Origin: Chitinophagaceae bacterium UBA4857
GTDB taxonomy: Bacteria > Bacteroidota > Bacteroidia > Chitinophagales > Chitinophagaceae
Assembly (NCBI GenBank): GCA_002399735.1
Contig: DHEF01000053.1
Location: forward strand, 24,828-88,827
Reading direction: 5' to 3'
Length of the DNA stretch: 64,000 bases
This document shows positions 20,170 through 29,831 of the stretch, in pieces. A model generated the notes under the pieces. It did not search any database. It saw nothing but the letters and a program-made list of their open reading frames with translations, and was not told the origin of the DNA. How positions within the stretch are numbered: the first letter of the stretch is position 1; every line of letters begins with the position of its first letter. A program made the position numbers and the translations under genes.

Positions 20170-20184
20170 GGTTACTAAATAGTA

Positions 20185-20817
20185 TTATTTCCCTTGTGAG
20201 ATTTCTGGGTATCTTGTTCTGATACGTCTTTCCCAGTTTTTTCTCCCAATAAAATATTTTACACGAAATGCAACTCCGTGTTTGTATATATTACTTTCGT
20301 GATTGCTGCCAATTTTAAATGAGTAATTGTAAGTAATATCACAGAACAGTAGATTAAAACCAATGCTTGGTCTTAAGTAATGCTGTTTTGCAGAAAAATC
20401 ATGCAGATACTCACCCCTTAATGTGTAGTTTCCTATTAGAAGAAAAGGCAAAAAATTATATTCATAAAAGATACCCGCTAAATGATGAGGTTTGTGTTTC
20501 AATTTTGATATATTATAACTTACTCCCCAACTTGTCATATCATAGGATCCCATTCCTCTATCATGAATAGAGGCAAGACCATTAGTTCTACCAAGGCTAA
20601 CACCTAATTCCGCATTTCTGGCGAGTAATAAGTGGGACGCAATGTAAGTGGAGTTACCCCAAAATTTATTCTTTGTTTTGTTCTTCACATAATTGTAAAT
20701 AGAATCTGATGAATAAGTGTTCGTCGCAGGAGTATCTGAGCTGTCTTTTATTATTGTTTGTGCATAGCTGCTGTATGTAAACAGCATAAACGTTAATATA
20801 GTAAATGGTAAATGCAT
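20185..20817 (-). CDS. Hypothetical secreted/outer-membrane protein
   Basis: Signal peptide MHLPFTILTFMLFTYSSYAQ from ATG 20817; aromatic beta-strand-like C-terminal half; no recognised family. Confidence 0.6.
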   Translation of the reverse strand: MHLPFTILTFMLFTYSSYAQTIIKDSSDTPATNTYSSDSIYNYVKNKTKNKFWGNSTYIASHLLLARNAELGVSLGRTNGLASIHDRGMGSYDMTSWGVSYNISKLKHKPHHLAGIFYEYNFLPFLLIGNYTLRGEYLHDFSAKQHYLRPSIGFNLLFCDITYNYSFKIGSNHESNIYKHGVAFRVKYFIGRKNWERRIRTRYPEISQGK

Positions 20818-20872
20818 AATTATTATGAGAAATAAAGATAGCAATATGAAGGGATTTGTTATACAAATCAAA

Positions 20873-20990
20873 GGCTGCCGGACTGACAGCAGTAGCTGCA
20901 ATGGTGCGTAGGGGAGGAGCGTAGGCATTGCACTACTGCAAAAGGCCGGAACAAAAGTTGACCGGAGTTACTATAGCTGATAGCCCCAAA
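20873..20990 (+). repeat. GGCTG...AGCCCCAAA element (118 nt, diverged)
   Basis: Starts ggctgc, ends gctgatagccccaaa; same length and termini as the other three copies. Confidence 0.6.
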
Positions 20991-21121
20991 ACAATTGAAA
21001 ATGAACAATGCACAAGTGACAATTCTCTATTCTGACCTTCCGCCAGCATTAACATATTTTCTAGCGATACCGCACCAATAATTTTGTATTTTCGGCCATT
21101 GTATAGTTTAAAATAAGGCAT

Positions 21122-22963
21122 ATGATTAAAGCAATTGGCGTTTTTGTATTTACAGCCATATGTGGTGTAGCATCGGCACAAGCTGACAGGTGGCAGCAAA
21201 AGGTGAAATACACGATGGATATTGATGTAAATGTGGAAACAAATCAGTTTACCGGAAAGCAAAAACTGGAATACTGGAACAACTCTCCCGATACATTGAA
21301 AAGAGTTTTTTACCATTTGTACTGGAATGCTTTTCAGCCCGGAAGTATGATGGATAACAGAAGCCAAAGACAAGGTACTATTACGGTAGGCCGTGGTGCC
21401 GATTGGGATGCCCGTGTAAAAGACCGTATTGCCAACCTTAAGCCCGATGAAATTGGCTACCAGAAAATTATTTCGCTTACCATGAACGGAGTTGCTCAAA
21501 AATTTGAGATTCACGAAACCATTTTAGAAGTTACGTTAAGCAAACCTATTTTGCCTAAAAGCAAAGTGGTGTTTGATATGAACTTTGAAGCACAAGTGCC
21601 TTTGCAAATTCGTAGAAGCGGTAGAGATAACCCAAGTACTGGTGTTAGATATTCCATGAGCCAATGGTATCCAAAAATGAGTGAGTATGATTACGATGGT
21701 TGGCACCCCAACCCTTATGTGGGGCGTGAGTTTTATGGTGTGTGGGGCGATTTTGATGTAAATATTACTATTGATAAAAGTTATGTACTTGGTGGTACAG
21801 GGTATTTACAAAATGCAGCGCAAATAGGGTACGGTTACGAGAAAGAAGGAACGAAGGTTACACAACCTGCCGGTAAAAAACTAACCTGGAAATTTAATGC
21901 ACCTAATGTGCATGATTTTATGTGGGCCGCCGATCCGGATTTTAAACACTTAACCCGTAAAGTGGGTAATGATATTACTTTACATTTACTGTATCGTCCG
22001 CAAACTGGTAATCCAAAAACATGGGAAAAAATTCTGGATGATGCGGAAAAAGTATATCCGTTTATTACCAAAACATTTGGGCCTTACGATTATAAACAAT
22101 ACTCCTTTATACATGGTGGCGATGGTGGTATGGAGTACCCAATGGCTACTTTATTAGCAAGTCCGGGTGCATGGTTACACGAATGGATGCATAATTGGTA
22201 CCAGGGCGTATTGGCTACAGATGAAGCACAATACCCTTGGATGGATGAAGGTTTTACCAGTTATGCCGAAAGTAGGGCCGATGCTTTTTTAAGTGGTAAA
22301 ACAGGGTTTGCTTATAAAGGAGATTATGATGGTTACTTTACTTTAGCTAAAGGCGGACTGGAAGAACCCTTAATGACACATGCCGATCACTACAATACTA
22401 ACAGAGCATATTCAAGCGCTTCGTATTCAAAAGGAGCTGTGTTTTTAGAGCAGTTGGGTTATATAGTGGGTGCTGATGTTAGGGACCAGATTTTACTTTC
22501 GTATTATAATACTTGGAAGTTTAAACACCCGAATGTAAACGATTTTATTCGTCTGAGCGAAAAGATTAGCGGTATTGAGCTGGATTGGTACAAAGACTAC
22601 TGGGTAAATAGTACTAAAAAGATTGACTACGCTTTTGATAGTTTATGGGAAGATGGTGGCAAAACCAATATTCGTTTACGCCGCGATGGTTTAGTGCCTA
22701 TGCCTATTGACGTAGAAATAATTTATGCCGATGGCAGTAAAGAACTTCATTATGTTCCGTTAGATTTAATGTATGGGCAAAAACCTAACGAAAATGAAAC
22801 GGTTAAACGTAAAGTGTACCCGGCCTGGAAATGGACAAATGGGACCTACACTATTCAATTGGATAAACGCTTGCTGGATATTGCTGTAGCAGAAATAGAT
22901 CCTTCGCAACGTATGGCAGATGTTGAGCGGAAAAATAATAAGCTGGAATTAAAACGGCCTTAA
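21122..22963 (+). CDS. M1 family zinc metallopeptidase
   Basis: Signal peptide, GGMEYPM, HEWMH-x18-E (WMDEG). Confidence 0.92.
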   Translation: MIKAIGVFVFTAICGVASAQADRWQQKVKYTMDIDVNVETNQFTGKQKLEYWNNSPDTLKRVFYHLYWNAFQPGSMMDNRSQRQGTITVGRGADWDARVKDRIANLKPDEIGYQKIISLTMNGVAQKFEIHETILEVTLSKPILPKSKVVFDMNFEAQVPLQIRRSGRDNPSTGVRYSMSQWYPKMSEYDYDGWHPNPYVGREFYGVWGDFDVNITIDKSYVLGGTGYLQNAAQIGYGYEKEGTKVTQPAGKKLTWKFNAPNVHDFMWAADPDFKHLTRKVGNDITLHLLYRPQTGNPKTWEKILDDAEKVYPFITKTFGPYDYKQYSFIHGGDGGMEYPMATLLASPGAWLHEWMHNWYQGVLATDEAQYPWMDEGFTSYAESRADAFLSGKTGFAYKGDYDGYFTLAKGGLEEPLMTHADHYNTNRAYSSASYSKGAVFLEQLGYIVGADVRDQILLSYYNTWKFKHPNVNDFIRLSEKISGIELDWYKDYWVNSTKKIDYAFDSLWEDGGKTNIRLRRDGLVPMPIDVEIIYADGSKELHYVPLDLMYGQKPNENETVKRKVYPAWKWTNGTYTIQLDKRLLDIAVAEIDPSQRMADVERKNNKLELKRP

Positions 22964-22984
22964 TATTTTAAGCAAGTAATAATG

Positions 22985-23012
22985 CAAAAGGCTACCATTG
23001 GGTAGCCTTTTG
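22985..23012. terminator. Bidirectional intrinsic terminator
   Basis: caaaaggctacc-attg-ggtagccttttg, perfect 12-bp stem. Confidence 0.88.
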
Positions 23013-23140
23013 TGGTATTTGATTAAAACCCCTGTATTAAAAATGGATAAAGTGCATGCTATGGTTAATGGTTAAGTATAATGCGTTTGCAGGGGCTACA
23101 ATGGTAGTGCTAAAGTAGTGCTGTTTACTGTTCCCTACAA

Positions 23141-23156
23141 TACCACAAAAGTGGTA
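23141..23156. promoter_or_regulatory. NarL-type 7-2-7 operator downstream of the response regulator
   Basis: TACCACA-AA-AGTGGTA; half-sites fit the NarL heptamer TACYNMT; near-identical site at 23903-23917. Confidence 0.65.
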
Positions 23157-23222
23157 TTTTTAGGTAATTGCTATGTGGAAAACCATAAAAGCCTCCGCTT
23201 CTTAATGTAAAATTAATGTGAA

Positions 23223-23867
23223 TTAACGTCCGTAATACTTATTAACTGCTTCTACACGGTTGTTTACATGCAGCTTTTCGTAAATATGGTATACGTGTTT
23301 ACGTACTGTTTCCGGACTTAAAAAAATAGATGCGGCAATTTCTTTATAGCTTAATCCTTTTGAAAGCCATTCCAGTATTTCCTTTTCACGAACAGTAAGT
23401 TTATTAATTTGCTGTTCAGTTTCTGTATTAACCGGCTGTTGGTTTTGAAATGCGGCTACTACTTTTCTGGCAATCTGGCTACTCATAGGGGCACCACCTT
23501 CATACAATTCTCTGATGGCAGATAGTAATAAAAAAGGACTGGTCTTTTTTAGAATGTATCCACTGGCACCGGCACTTAGAGCCTCAAATATTTTTTCATC
23601 TTCTTCGTACACGGTACACATCATAAAGTTTGTGTTGGCAAGCAATGGTTTAAGTACACGTACACAGTCAATGCCGCTTTCAATACTGCCAAGGTTTATG
23701 TCCATTAAAACCACATCGGGGCGAAGGGTAGGGATTTCAGTTACTGCTTCTTCGGCAGTAGCTAAAGTACCAATGCAAACATAACCGTCAGACATTTCGA
23801 TAATATCCCTTAATGTATTTCTTAATTGGCTATTATCGTCTACTATACATACCTTAATATCGTTCAT
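23223..23867 (-). CDS. NarL/LuxR-family response regulator (no adjacent kinase)
   Basis: IVDD, VVLMDI, GASGYILK, LTVREKEIL...GLSYKEIA...TVRKHVYHIYEKL. Confidence 0.93.
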   Translation of the reverse strand: MNDIKVCIVDDNSQLRNTLRDIIEMSDGYVCIGTLATAEEAVTEIPTLRPDVVLMDINLGSIESGIDCVRVLKPLLANTNFMMCTVYEEDEKIFEALSAGASGYILKKTSPFLLLSAIRELYEGGAPMSSQIARKVVAAFQNQQPVNTETEQQINKLTVREKEILEWLSKGLSYKEIAASIFLSPETVRKHVYHIYEKLHVNNRVEAVNKYYGR

Positions 23868-23902
23868 AATGCAAATTTCATTATTTGCTTATTTACCAAC
23901 AA

Positions 23903-23917
23903 TACCACAAAGTGGTA
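23903..23917. promoter_or_regulatory. Probable autoregulatory operator of the 23223-23867 regulator
   Basis: TACCACA-A-AGTGGTA, 23 nt upstream of a GAAATTTG -7-like motif that lies 4 nt before the ATG. Confidence 0.6.
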
Positions 23918-23946
23918 GTTATTTAACCTTTTTTGTGGGTAATTGG

Positions 23947-24576
23947 TTAACGGGTTACGTATATAATAAACTTTTCTTTAAAGTAATCTTCTGAGTATAA
24001 GCCTGTTATGTCAATAATCTTGGGTTTTGTCTGGCTTTCTTGTATTTCAACGTTCAAATCGCCGCCTTTCAGACAAATTAAACCCGGTGCATGGTTTAGG
24101 GTTTGGGTGGGCTGAGTGGTAATTAATGGGCGGCTCCAGTGCCAGAGATCTTTTAGTGGTGCTACCGCACGGGATACTACATAATCAAATTTTCTGTTTT
24201 TTACATCTTCAACACGGGAGTGTTGAGTAGATACATTTGTTAATCCAAGTTCATCGGCAATAGCTTGTACAACTTTTAGTTTTTTGGCAATACTATCCAC
24301 TAAATGAAAATTTACTTCCGGAAAAAAAATAGCCAACGGTATACCCGGAAAACCTCCACCGGTCCCTAAATCTAAAATCTTTGCTCCGTCATTAAATTCA
24401 AAAATGGCTGCTATGCTTAGTGAGTGTAGTATATGTTTTTCGTAAAGGCTGTCTATATCTTTTCGGGAAATAACATTTATTTTCTCATTCCAATCTGTGT
24501 ATAAAGCCTTCAATTGTTGTAGTTGCTGCAATTGTTTATCCGTAAACTCCGTAAAATATTTTGTTACAATTTCCAT
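23947..24576 (-). CDS. rsmG: 16S rRNA (guanine-527-N7)-methyltransferase
   Basis: WNEKINVISR, HILHSL, LDLGTGGGFPGIPLAI, VVSRAVA, LKGGD. Confidence 0.96.
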   Translation of the reverse strand: MEIVTKYFTEFTDKQLQQLQQLKALYTDWNEKINVISRKDIDSLYEKHILHSLSIAAIFEFNDGAKILDLGTGGGFPGIPLAIFFPEVNFHLVDSIAKKLKVVQAIADELGLTNVSTQHSRVEDVKNRKFDYVVSRAVAPLKDLWHWSRPLITTQPTQTLNHAPGLICLKGGDLNVEIQESQTKPKIIDITGLYSEDYFKEKFIIYVTR

Positions 24577-24680
24577 GTTGTAAATTTTGTTAATAGTTAA
24601 TCGTTCATGGTTAATAGGATTTCAACATAATTGTATCAAACATTGAACTTCTTGAACATTGAACCTTTTGAACCTCCGAC

Positions 24681-25799
24681 TTACCATGTCTTTTTTGCTT
24701 TCCTGAATAAGGATGGTGCAAAAAGCAAATAGTAAAAAAATAACCAAAGATCAAAAAATAATAACCAACCAAACAAGTCGCCTTCACCTAGTTTTTTTAG
24801 TGGTCTATAAAAAACAAAAAACTGTGTAACTAAGCGTAATGCAACAATACCAACAGCCATGCGCCAGTCAAACCAAATAGCAGTGGCAGCAGCTAAGGGA
24901 TAAAAAATAAATTGACTGCCTGCGTACAAGCTTAATAAAAACTTGTGAACAGGTTTGTAATATTTAGCAGTAGTATAATGTCGGCGTTTTTGTTTGCGCC
25001 ATTCTTTCCATGTTTTTTTAGGTACCGATAAAGTGCTTGCCTCCGCATCAAACACAATAGCCGTATTATGTTTGTTAGCCACTTTATTAATAAACAAATC
25101 ATCATCGCCACCCGGTAGGTGGTTAATAGATGAAAAGCCTTTGTTATTTAAAAACAAACTTTTTTTGTACGATAAGTTACGCCCAACACCCATATAAGGC
25201 AAGCCCGCCATCGCATAAGAAAAATACTGAATAGCCGAGTGTACCGTTTCAAAACGAATTAATTTATTAAGCAACCCCGGTTTTTTATGATAAGCCCCAT
25301 AACCAATCACCACTTCAATGCCGTTAGCATAACCATCCTGCATTTTATCAATCCAGTTTTCGGTAGCGGGTACACAGTCGGCATCCGTTAACAACAAAAC
25401 TTCGTGTTTGGCTTCTCTAATACCTATTGATAACGGATACTTTTTTCCCGCAATTAATTTAGCTTCCTGTGTTAACTCAACAATATGCAGGTTTTTAAAA
25501 GTTTTACGTAGTTCTTCTAAAATATACTTCGAGTCGTCCAGCGAGTTATCGTTTACTACAAGTACTTCATAACTGGTATGGTATTGTTGTACCAAAACGC
25601 CGGGCAGGTTTCGGGCCAGGTTTTCGTCTTCATCCCGGGCACAAATAATTACCGACACAGGGTGTGTTTGCGATTGTGTTTTTTCCCGGGGTTTAAAAAA
25701 CGATAAACGGGCAAAAAAATATAAATAGTAAAACAATTGCACAGCGGTGGTAGCAATAAGCAGGTAGAAAAGGATGTCTTCCCAATGAATTAGTGGCAT
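24681..25799 (-). CDS. Membrane-bound GT2 glycosyltransferase
   Basis: SVIICARDE, VNDNSLD, GKKYPL, LLTDADC, GDDDL, QKRRH; N- and C-terminal TM segments. Confidence 0.9.
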   Translation of the reverse strand: MPLIHWEDILFYLLIATTAVQLFYYLYFFARLSFFKPREKTQSQTHPVSVIICARDEDENLARNLPGVLVQQYHTSYEVLVVNDNSLDDSKYILEELRKTFKNLHIVELTQEAKLIAGKKYPLSIGIREAKHEVLLLTDADCVPATENWIDKMQDGYANGIEVVIGYGAYHKKPGLLNKLIRFETVHSAIQYFSYAMAGLPYMGVGRNLSYKKSLFLNNKGFSSINHLPGGDDDLFINKVANKHNTAIVFDAEASTLSVPKKTWKEWRKQKRRHYTTAKYYKPVHKFLLSLYAGSQFIFYPLAAATAIWFDWRMAVGIVALRLVTQFFVFYRPLKKLGEGDLFGWLLFFDLWLFFYYLLFAPSLFRKAKKTW

Positions 25800-25904
25800 A
25801 AGTGGGCAAAGATAATACAGTTTGTTATCTGAAGTTTACGCTAAGTACTTAACTTGCCGCCGATTTGCAGCGTTTTTTGTATTAAACCGGCTGCATTGCT
25901 ACTA

Positions 25905-26017
25905 TCAACCCTAAATCCCTAAAGGGACTTTAAAGCCTAGGTTGGCATAATGTTTTTTTATGTTACCGGCGTCCCTCCCTTGATTGGGCTTTTGTTGCGT
26001 CGCACTCTTCAACTGCA
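25905..26017 (+). repeat. Short REP-like hairpin (ccctaaatccctaaagggactt) followed by a dispersed repeat copy
   Basis: 25963-26017 ttaccggcgtccctcccttgattgggcttttgttgcgtcgcactcttcaactgcag matches 19181-19227 and 34034-34056. Confidence 0.85.
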
Positions 26018-26073
26018 GGAATACGGATGAGCAATGGGCTGGTGTACAATAGAAAAGATAAAACATAATTTTC

Positions 26074-27213
26074 ATGGCGGCATTAAGTTTTCAGTTACAA
26101 CACAACGATAAAGAATCAAAAGCCAGGGCAGGGCTTATTACCACCGATCATGGGCAAATACAAACGCCTATTTTTATGCCGGTAGGTACGGTAGGTAGCG
26201 TAAAAGCAGTTAGTCAGCAATTATTACATAGCGATGTAAAAGCCCAGATCATTTTAGGCAATACCTATCATTTATACCTGCGTCCCGGTTTAGAGGTTTT
26301 AGAAAAGGCAGGAGGCCTGCATACATTTAACGGCTGGCATAAACCTATACTTACAGATAGCGGTGGTTACCAGGTTTTTTCGTTGGCCGGTACCCGTAAA
26401 ATAAAAGAAGAAGGTGTAACCTTTCAATCGCATATTGATGGTAGTAAACACTTATTTACTCCCGAAGGAGTAATGGATATACAACGCTCCATTGGCGGCG
26501 ATATTATTATGGCTTTTGACGAATGCCCTCCCGGGGGAAGCGAATATACCTATGCCAGGAAAAGTTTAGAATTAACCCATCGTTGGTTAGACAGATGTGT
26601 AGAACGATTTAATAGCACCCCAGATAAATATGGTTATACGCAAAACCTCTTTCCTATTATACAAGGGGGTATGTACAAAGATTTACGTAAACAGTCCTGC
26701 GAATTTATTGCCGAAAAAAATGCAACAGGTAATGCCATTGGCGGTTTAAGCGTAGGTGAACCCGAGCCGGTTATGTACGAAATATGCGACTGGTGCTGCG
26801 ATCATTTACCGCAGGAAAAACCCCGTTACCTGATGGGCGTAGGTACACCATGGAATATACTGGAGTGTATTAGTATGGGTGTAGATATGTTTGACTGTGT
26901 AATGCCCACCCGAAACGGACGTAATGCCATGTTATTTACCACCAAAGGGGTAATAAATATTGATAATAAAAAATGGGAGTTTGACTATTCGCCTATTGAT
27001 GATGGTATGGATAGCGAAATAAGCAATTATTACAGCAAAGCCTACTTGCGACATTTATTAAAAGCCAAAGAAATATTAGGACTAACCATTGCCAGTACTC
27101 ATAACCTGGCTTTTTATTTGTGGTTGGTAACAAAAGCAAGGGAACATATTATTGCCGGTACTTTTCAAAGCTGGAAAAACGAGATTATACCCGTACTTAA
27201 ACAACGTTTATAA
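26074..27213 (+). CDS. tgt: tRNA-guanine transglycosylase
   Basis: TPIFMPVGT, GNTYHL, LTDSGGYQVFSL, AFDEC, GGLSVGE, YLMGVG, DMFDCVMPTR. Confidence 0.97.
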   Translation: MAALSFQLQHNDKESKARAGLITTDHGQIQTPIFMPVGTVGSVKAVSQQLLHSDVKAQIILGNTYHLYLRPGLEVLEKAGGLHTFNGWHKPILTDSGGYQVFSLAGTRKIKEEGVTFQSHIDGSKHLFTPEGVMDIQRSIGGDIIMAFDECPPGGSEYTYARKSLELTHRWLDRCVERFNSTPDKYGYTQNLFPIIQGGMYKDLRKQSCEFIAEKNATGNAIGGLSVGEPEPVMYEICDWCCDHLPQEKPRYLMGVGTPWNILECISMGVDMFDCVMPTRNGRNAMLFTTKGVINIDNKKWEFDYSPIDDGMDSEISNYYSKAYLRHLLKAKEILGLTIASTHNLAFYLWLVTKAREHIIAGTFQSWKNEIIPVLKQRL

Positions 27214-27495
27214 GTTTTACTTACTCCCAAAAACAAATTAAGTATTTCACCTGATTAAAATTGGTGTTGTTTTTATGCACTTTTTTACCAACATTCCTGT
27301 TTTTTCCATTTTTTACAGCAAACAGCCGTTTTAAATGGTAAATGGGTGATATGTGAATAACTCAGACGGGTGTAACAGAAACATATTATTAAGTGCGTAA
27401 AAACACTAAAAATATCAGCGTTTTTAACGTAAGTTTGATTATCGATTTTTTACCCCTCTAACCCAACAGGCATAAACCTGTATAAAACCAAACTA

Positions 27496-28155
27496 ATGGC
27501 TGCTGTTCAGGAAATAAAAGTTGCTATTGCCGATGACCACAAAATTTTTCGTGATGGCATTCGTATGTCTTTGAAAGACAGGGAGTACCTGCGAATTTTA
27601 TGGGAAGCTGAAGATGGCAAAGATTTAATGCATAAACTAAAATTGAAGGAACCGGATGTTTTACTAATGGACATACGAATGCCTGAAATTGATGGCATAA
27701 ACGCAATAGGTTTAATAAGAAAAGAGTATGAATCCATTAAAATCATTGTACTGACCATGTACGATGATCAGGAAATGATTACCAAGATGATGGAAATGGG
27801 CGCTAATGCCTACCTGACAAAAACCACCGACCCCGACGAAATTTACCAGGCCATTATTACTTGTATGAATGATGATTTTTACTTTAATGAGCTGGTAAAT
27901 AAAGCAGTACTACTTAAACTACAACATAAAAAAACGGTTCGCCAGTTTTATCCCAATCCCGTAAAATTCTCCGAAAAAGAACTAAAGATTTTAAAACTCA
28001 TAGCCGAGGATAAAACAACTGAAGAAATATCGAAGGTGGTTTTTTTAAGCCCGCGTACAATAGAAACCATACGACAAAACATGAAGCAAAAAGCAGGTGC
28101 TAAAACAATTGCCGGTTTGGTAATGTTTGCTATGCGTAACAAGTTGCTTGAATAA
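27496..28155 (+). CDS. Orphan NarL/LuxR-family response regulator
   Basis: IADDH, LLMDIRMP, GANAYLTK, C-terminal HTH (LSPRTIETIR); paralogue of 29832-30503. Confidence 0.92.
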   Translation: MAAVQEIKVAIADDHKIFRDGIRMSLKDREYLRILWEAEDGKDLMHKLKLKEPDVLLMDIRMPEIDGINAIGLIRKEYESIKIIVLTMYDDQEMITKMMEMGANAYLTKTTDPDEIYQAIITCMNDDFYFNELVNKAVLLKLQHKKTVRQFYPNPVKFSEKELKILKLIAEDKTTEEISKVVFLSPRTIETIRQNMKQKAGAKTIAGLVMFAMRNKLLE

Positions 28156-28210
28156 TACTTGTTGTTTAACTACCGGTGGCTTTGTTATTTGTTTACTTTA
28201 ATATACCTGC

Positions 28211-28954
28211 ATGGCAAATATTAACGATATTTATTTTGATGGACATTATAAAGATATATGGCGTGAAATAAATCCGCCGGAGATAACCAAAGTTGAAGTT
28301 GATTTTATGATTAGCCATTTTGGCTTAACCAAGGATAGCGCTGTGTTGGATATGATGTGTGGCTTTGGCCGCCATGCTTTGGCGTTAGGGCGGCAAGGAA
28401 TAACCGTTACTGCGGTTGATAACCTGAAAGCTTATACCGACGAAATAGCGGAAACTGCTACAAAAGAAAATCTGCCTGTAACTACGGTGCAGGATAATAT
28501 TTTTACCTATATACCTTCACAACAATATGACCTGGCTATTTGTATGGGAAATAGCTTAAACTTTTTTCCGGAGGAAGAACTACTGGTTATTTTAAAAACA
28601 ATAGTTGGTAGTTTAAAACAAGGTGGATCCTTACTGATACATAGTTATTCTTTAGCAGAAACTGTTATTAAGCATTTTATAGCCCGTACCTGGACAGATA
28701 TTGGTGAGTTGCGTATTTTAAGCAAAAGCCGATACTTATTTTTTCCTACACGTTTAGATACCGAAACCATGATGATAACAGCTGGTGGCGAAATTGAAGT
28801 GAAACAAGCGGTTGATTATATTTTTTCCTTAAGCGAAATGAATAAAATACTGGCATCGGTAGGGTTAAGCTTAAAGGATGTTTACACTATACCCGGCCGT
28901 AAAAAGTTTGCTTTGGGCGACCCTTATGCTTACATGATTGCTACTAAAGCGTAA
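28211..28954 (+). CDS. Class I SAM-dependent methyltransferase
   Basis: VLDMMCGFGRH motif I, VTAVD, YDLAICMGNS. Confidence 0.88.
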   Translation: MANINDIYFDGHYKDIWREINPPEITKVEVDFMISHFGLTKDSAVLDMMCGFGRHALALGRQGITVTAVDNLKAYTDEIAETATKENLPVTTVQDNIFTYIPSQQYDLAICMGNSLNFFPEEELLVILKTIVGSLKQGGSLLIHSYSLAETVIKHFIARTWTDIGELRILSKSRYLFFPTRLDTETMMITAGGEIEVKQAVDYIFSLSEMNKILASVGLSLKDVYTIPGRKKFALGDPYAYMIATKA

Positions 28955-29161
28955 TGAATATATAATAATATACAAAAACTGCTTTTTATTTTACCCGCTG
29001 ATGGTGCTGATTTGATGTGCAGATTTTCGCAAATCGAAATCTTTTTTTACAAAATTCAGGAGTGGTTTTATCTGCGTAATCTTCAGGACGCTATTTAGTT
29101 AGGATATACGTATTTATAATTAAGTTTTTGCAAAATGTTGATAACTGATATGCTGATGACT

Positions 29162-29276
29162 GGCTGCACTGCTTAGGCGTAAATGTTTTGGTGCAATGGC
29201 CGGGCAGCTTGGCTAAAACATTGCAGACGGGCAGTGGACTGAAGATGATAGTAGTACTGCTGCTGACAGCCCCAAA
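29162..29276 (+). repeat. GGCTG...AGCCCCAAA element (115 nt)
   Basis: Homologous to 13191-13315; its 3' part gatgatagtagtactgctgctgacagc resembles the arm of the main repeat at 45060-45085. Confidence 0.8.
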
Positions 29277-29300
29277 TATTGCTAACTGGTATATAAATAG

Positions 29301-29321
29301 AAAAAGTCCCCCGAAGAGGAC
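29301..29321 (-). terminator. Intrinsic terminator with a cUUCGg tetraloop, on the minus strand with no annotated upstream gene
   Basis: Minus strand reads GTCCTC-TTCG-GGGGAC-TTTTT. Confidence 0.75.
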
Positions 29322-29412
29322 CGTTTCATTTGTTACTGTTACGAAAAAAAGTTTTGACCATTTGGGGTCAACCTTTCAGAAGGCTTAACTGGTTCTTTAA
29401 AGGTATAATGAC

Positions 29413-29475
29413 TTAACGGATAATATTATAAAATAGAAAGTTGATGTAGACGGGTTCTTGTTTTGGTTTTGTCAT
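29413..29475 (-). CDS. Candidate 20-aa small protein MTKPKQEPVYINFLFYNIIR
   Basis: ATG to TAA ORF between a predicted promoter (29550-29581) and terminator (29301-29321); below the ORF-track length cut-off; no homology evidence. Confidence 0.35.
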   Translation of the reverse strand: MTKPKQEPVYINFLFYNIIR

Positions 29476-29549
29476 TGGATTTGGAAAGAACTTTTCTGGA
29501 CGGCTTTGGATATTGGATAACAAGTATCGTTTTCACCAACTTTCTGATA

Positions 29550-29581
29550 CAAAAATATATCCACATAGGCATGTGCACAAG
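29550..29581 (-). promoter_or_regulatory. Bacteroidota sigma70-type promoter on the minus strand
   Basis: CTTG-N20-TATTTTTG versus consensus TTTG-N19-21-TAnnTTTG. Confidence 0.5.
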
Positions 29582-29650
29582 AGCACTATTCCTCCATTTA
29601 ATTTTTATGGTTTTTACTAGGTGTATCGTATTTTTCAGGGGAAAATACTT

Positions 29651-29694
29651 ACTTATAGTATAAGTGTAAACTATTATACGTTGACTATTGTCAA
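29651..29694. promoter_or_regulatory. Two palindromes in the divergent promoter region, one FNR/CRP-like
   Basis: ACTTATA-G-TATAAGT at 29651-29665 and TTGAC-TATT-GTCAA at 29681-29694. Confidence 0.45.
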
Positions 29695-29831
29695 CCTGTA
29701 CTTTCCGCAAGGTATAAATCAAGTACTTCTACTATGGTTTATGTCGCGGGATTTTTCCACCTTGTGGTCGAATTTTACCGAATCCAATTTTTTTGAGTAA
29801 TTACATTTAAGTAAAACCAATTTTAGTCCCA

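Noticed and set aside
20933-21514. 193-aa minus-strand ORF
   Set aside because: Antisense to the well-supported M1 peptidase and partly made of repeat sequence. The same applies to the many other antisense ORFs in the track, such as 53755-54345 and 47286-47777.
29162-29276. Hammerhead ribozyme (CTGAAGA present in this copy)
   Set aside because: The required GAAA is GACA here, no convincing stem II forms, and CUGAnGA is not conserved in the other three copies.
29426-29722. 98-aa minus-strand ORF and the overlapping 66-aa plus-strand ORF (29463-29663)
   Set aside because: No recognisable motifs, and the minus ORF runs through the predicted promoter and palindromes. The short 20-codon ORF fits the promoter/terminator layout better.
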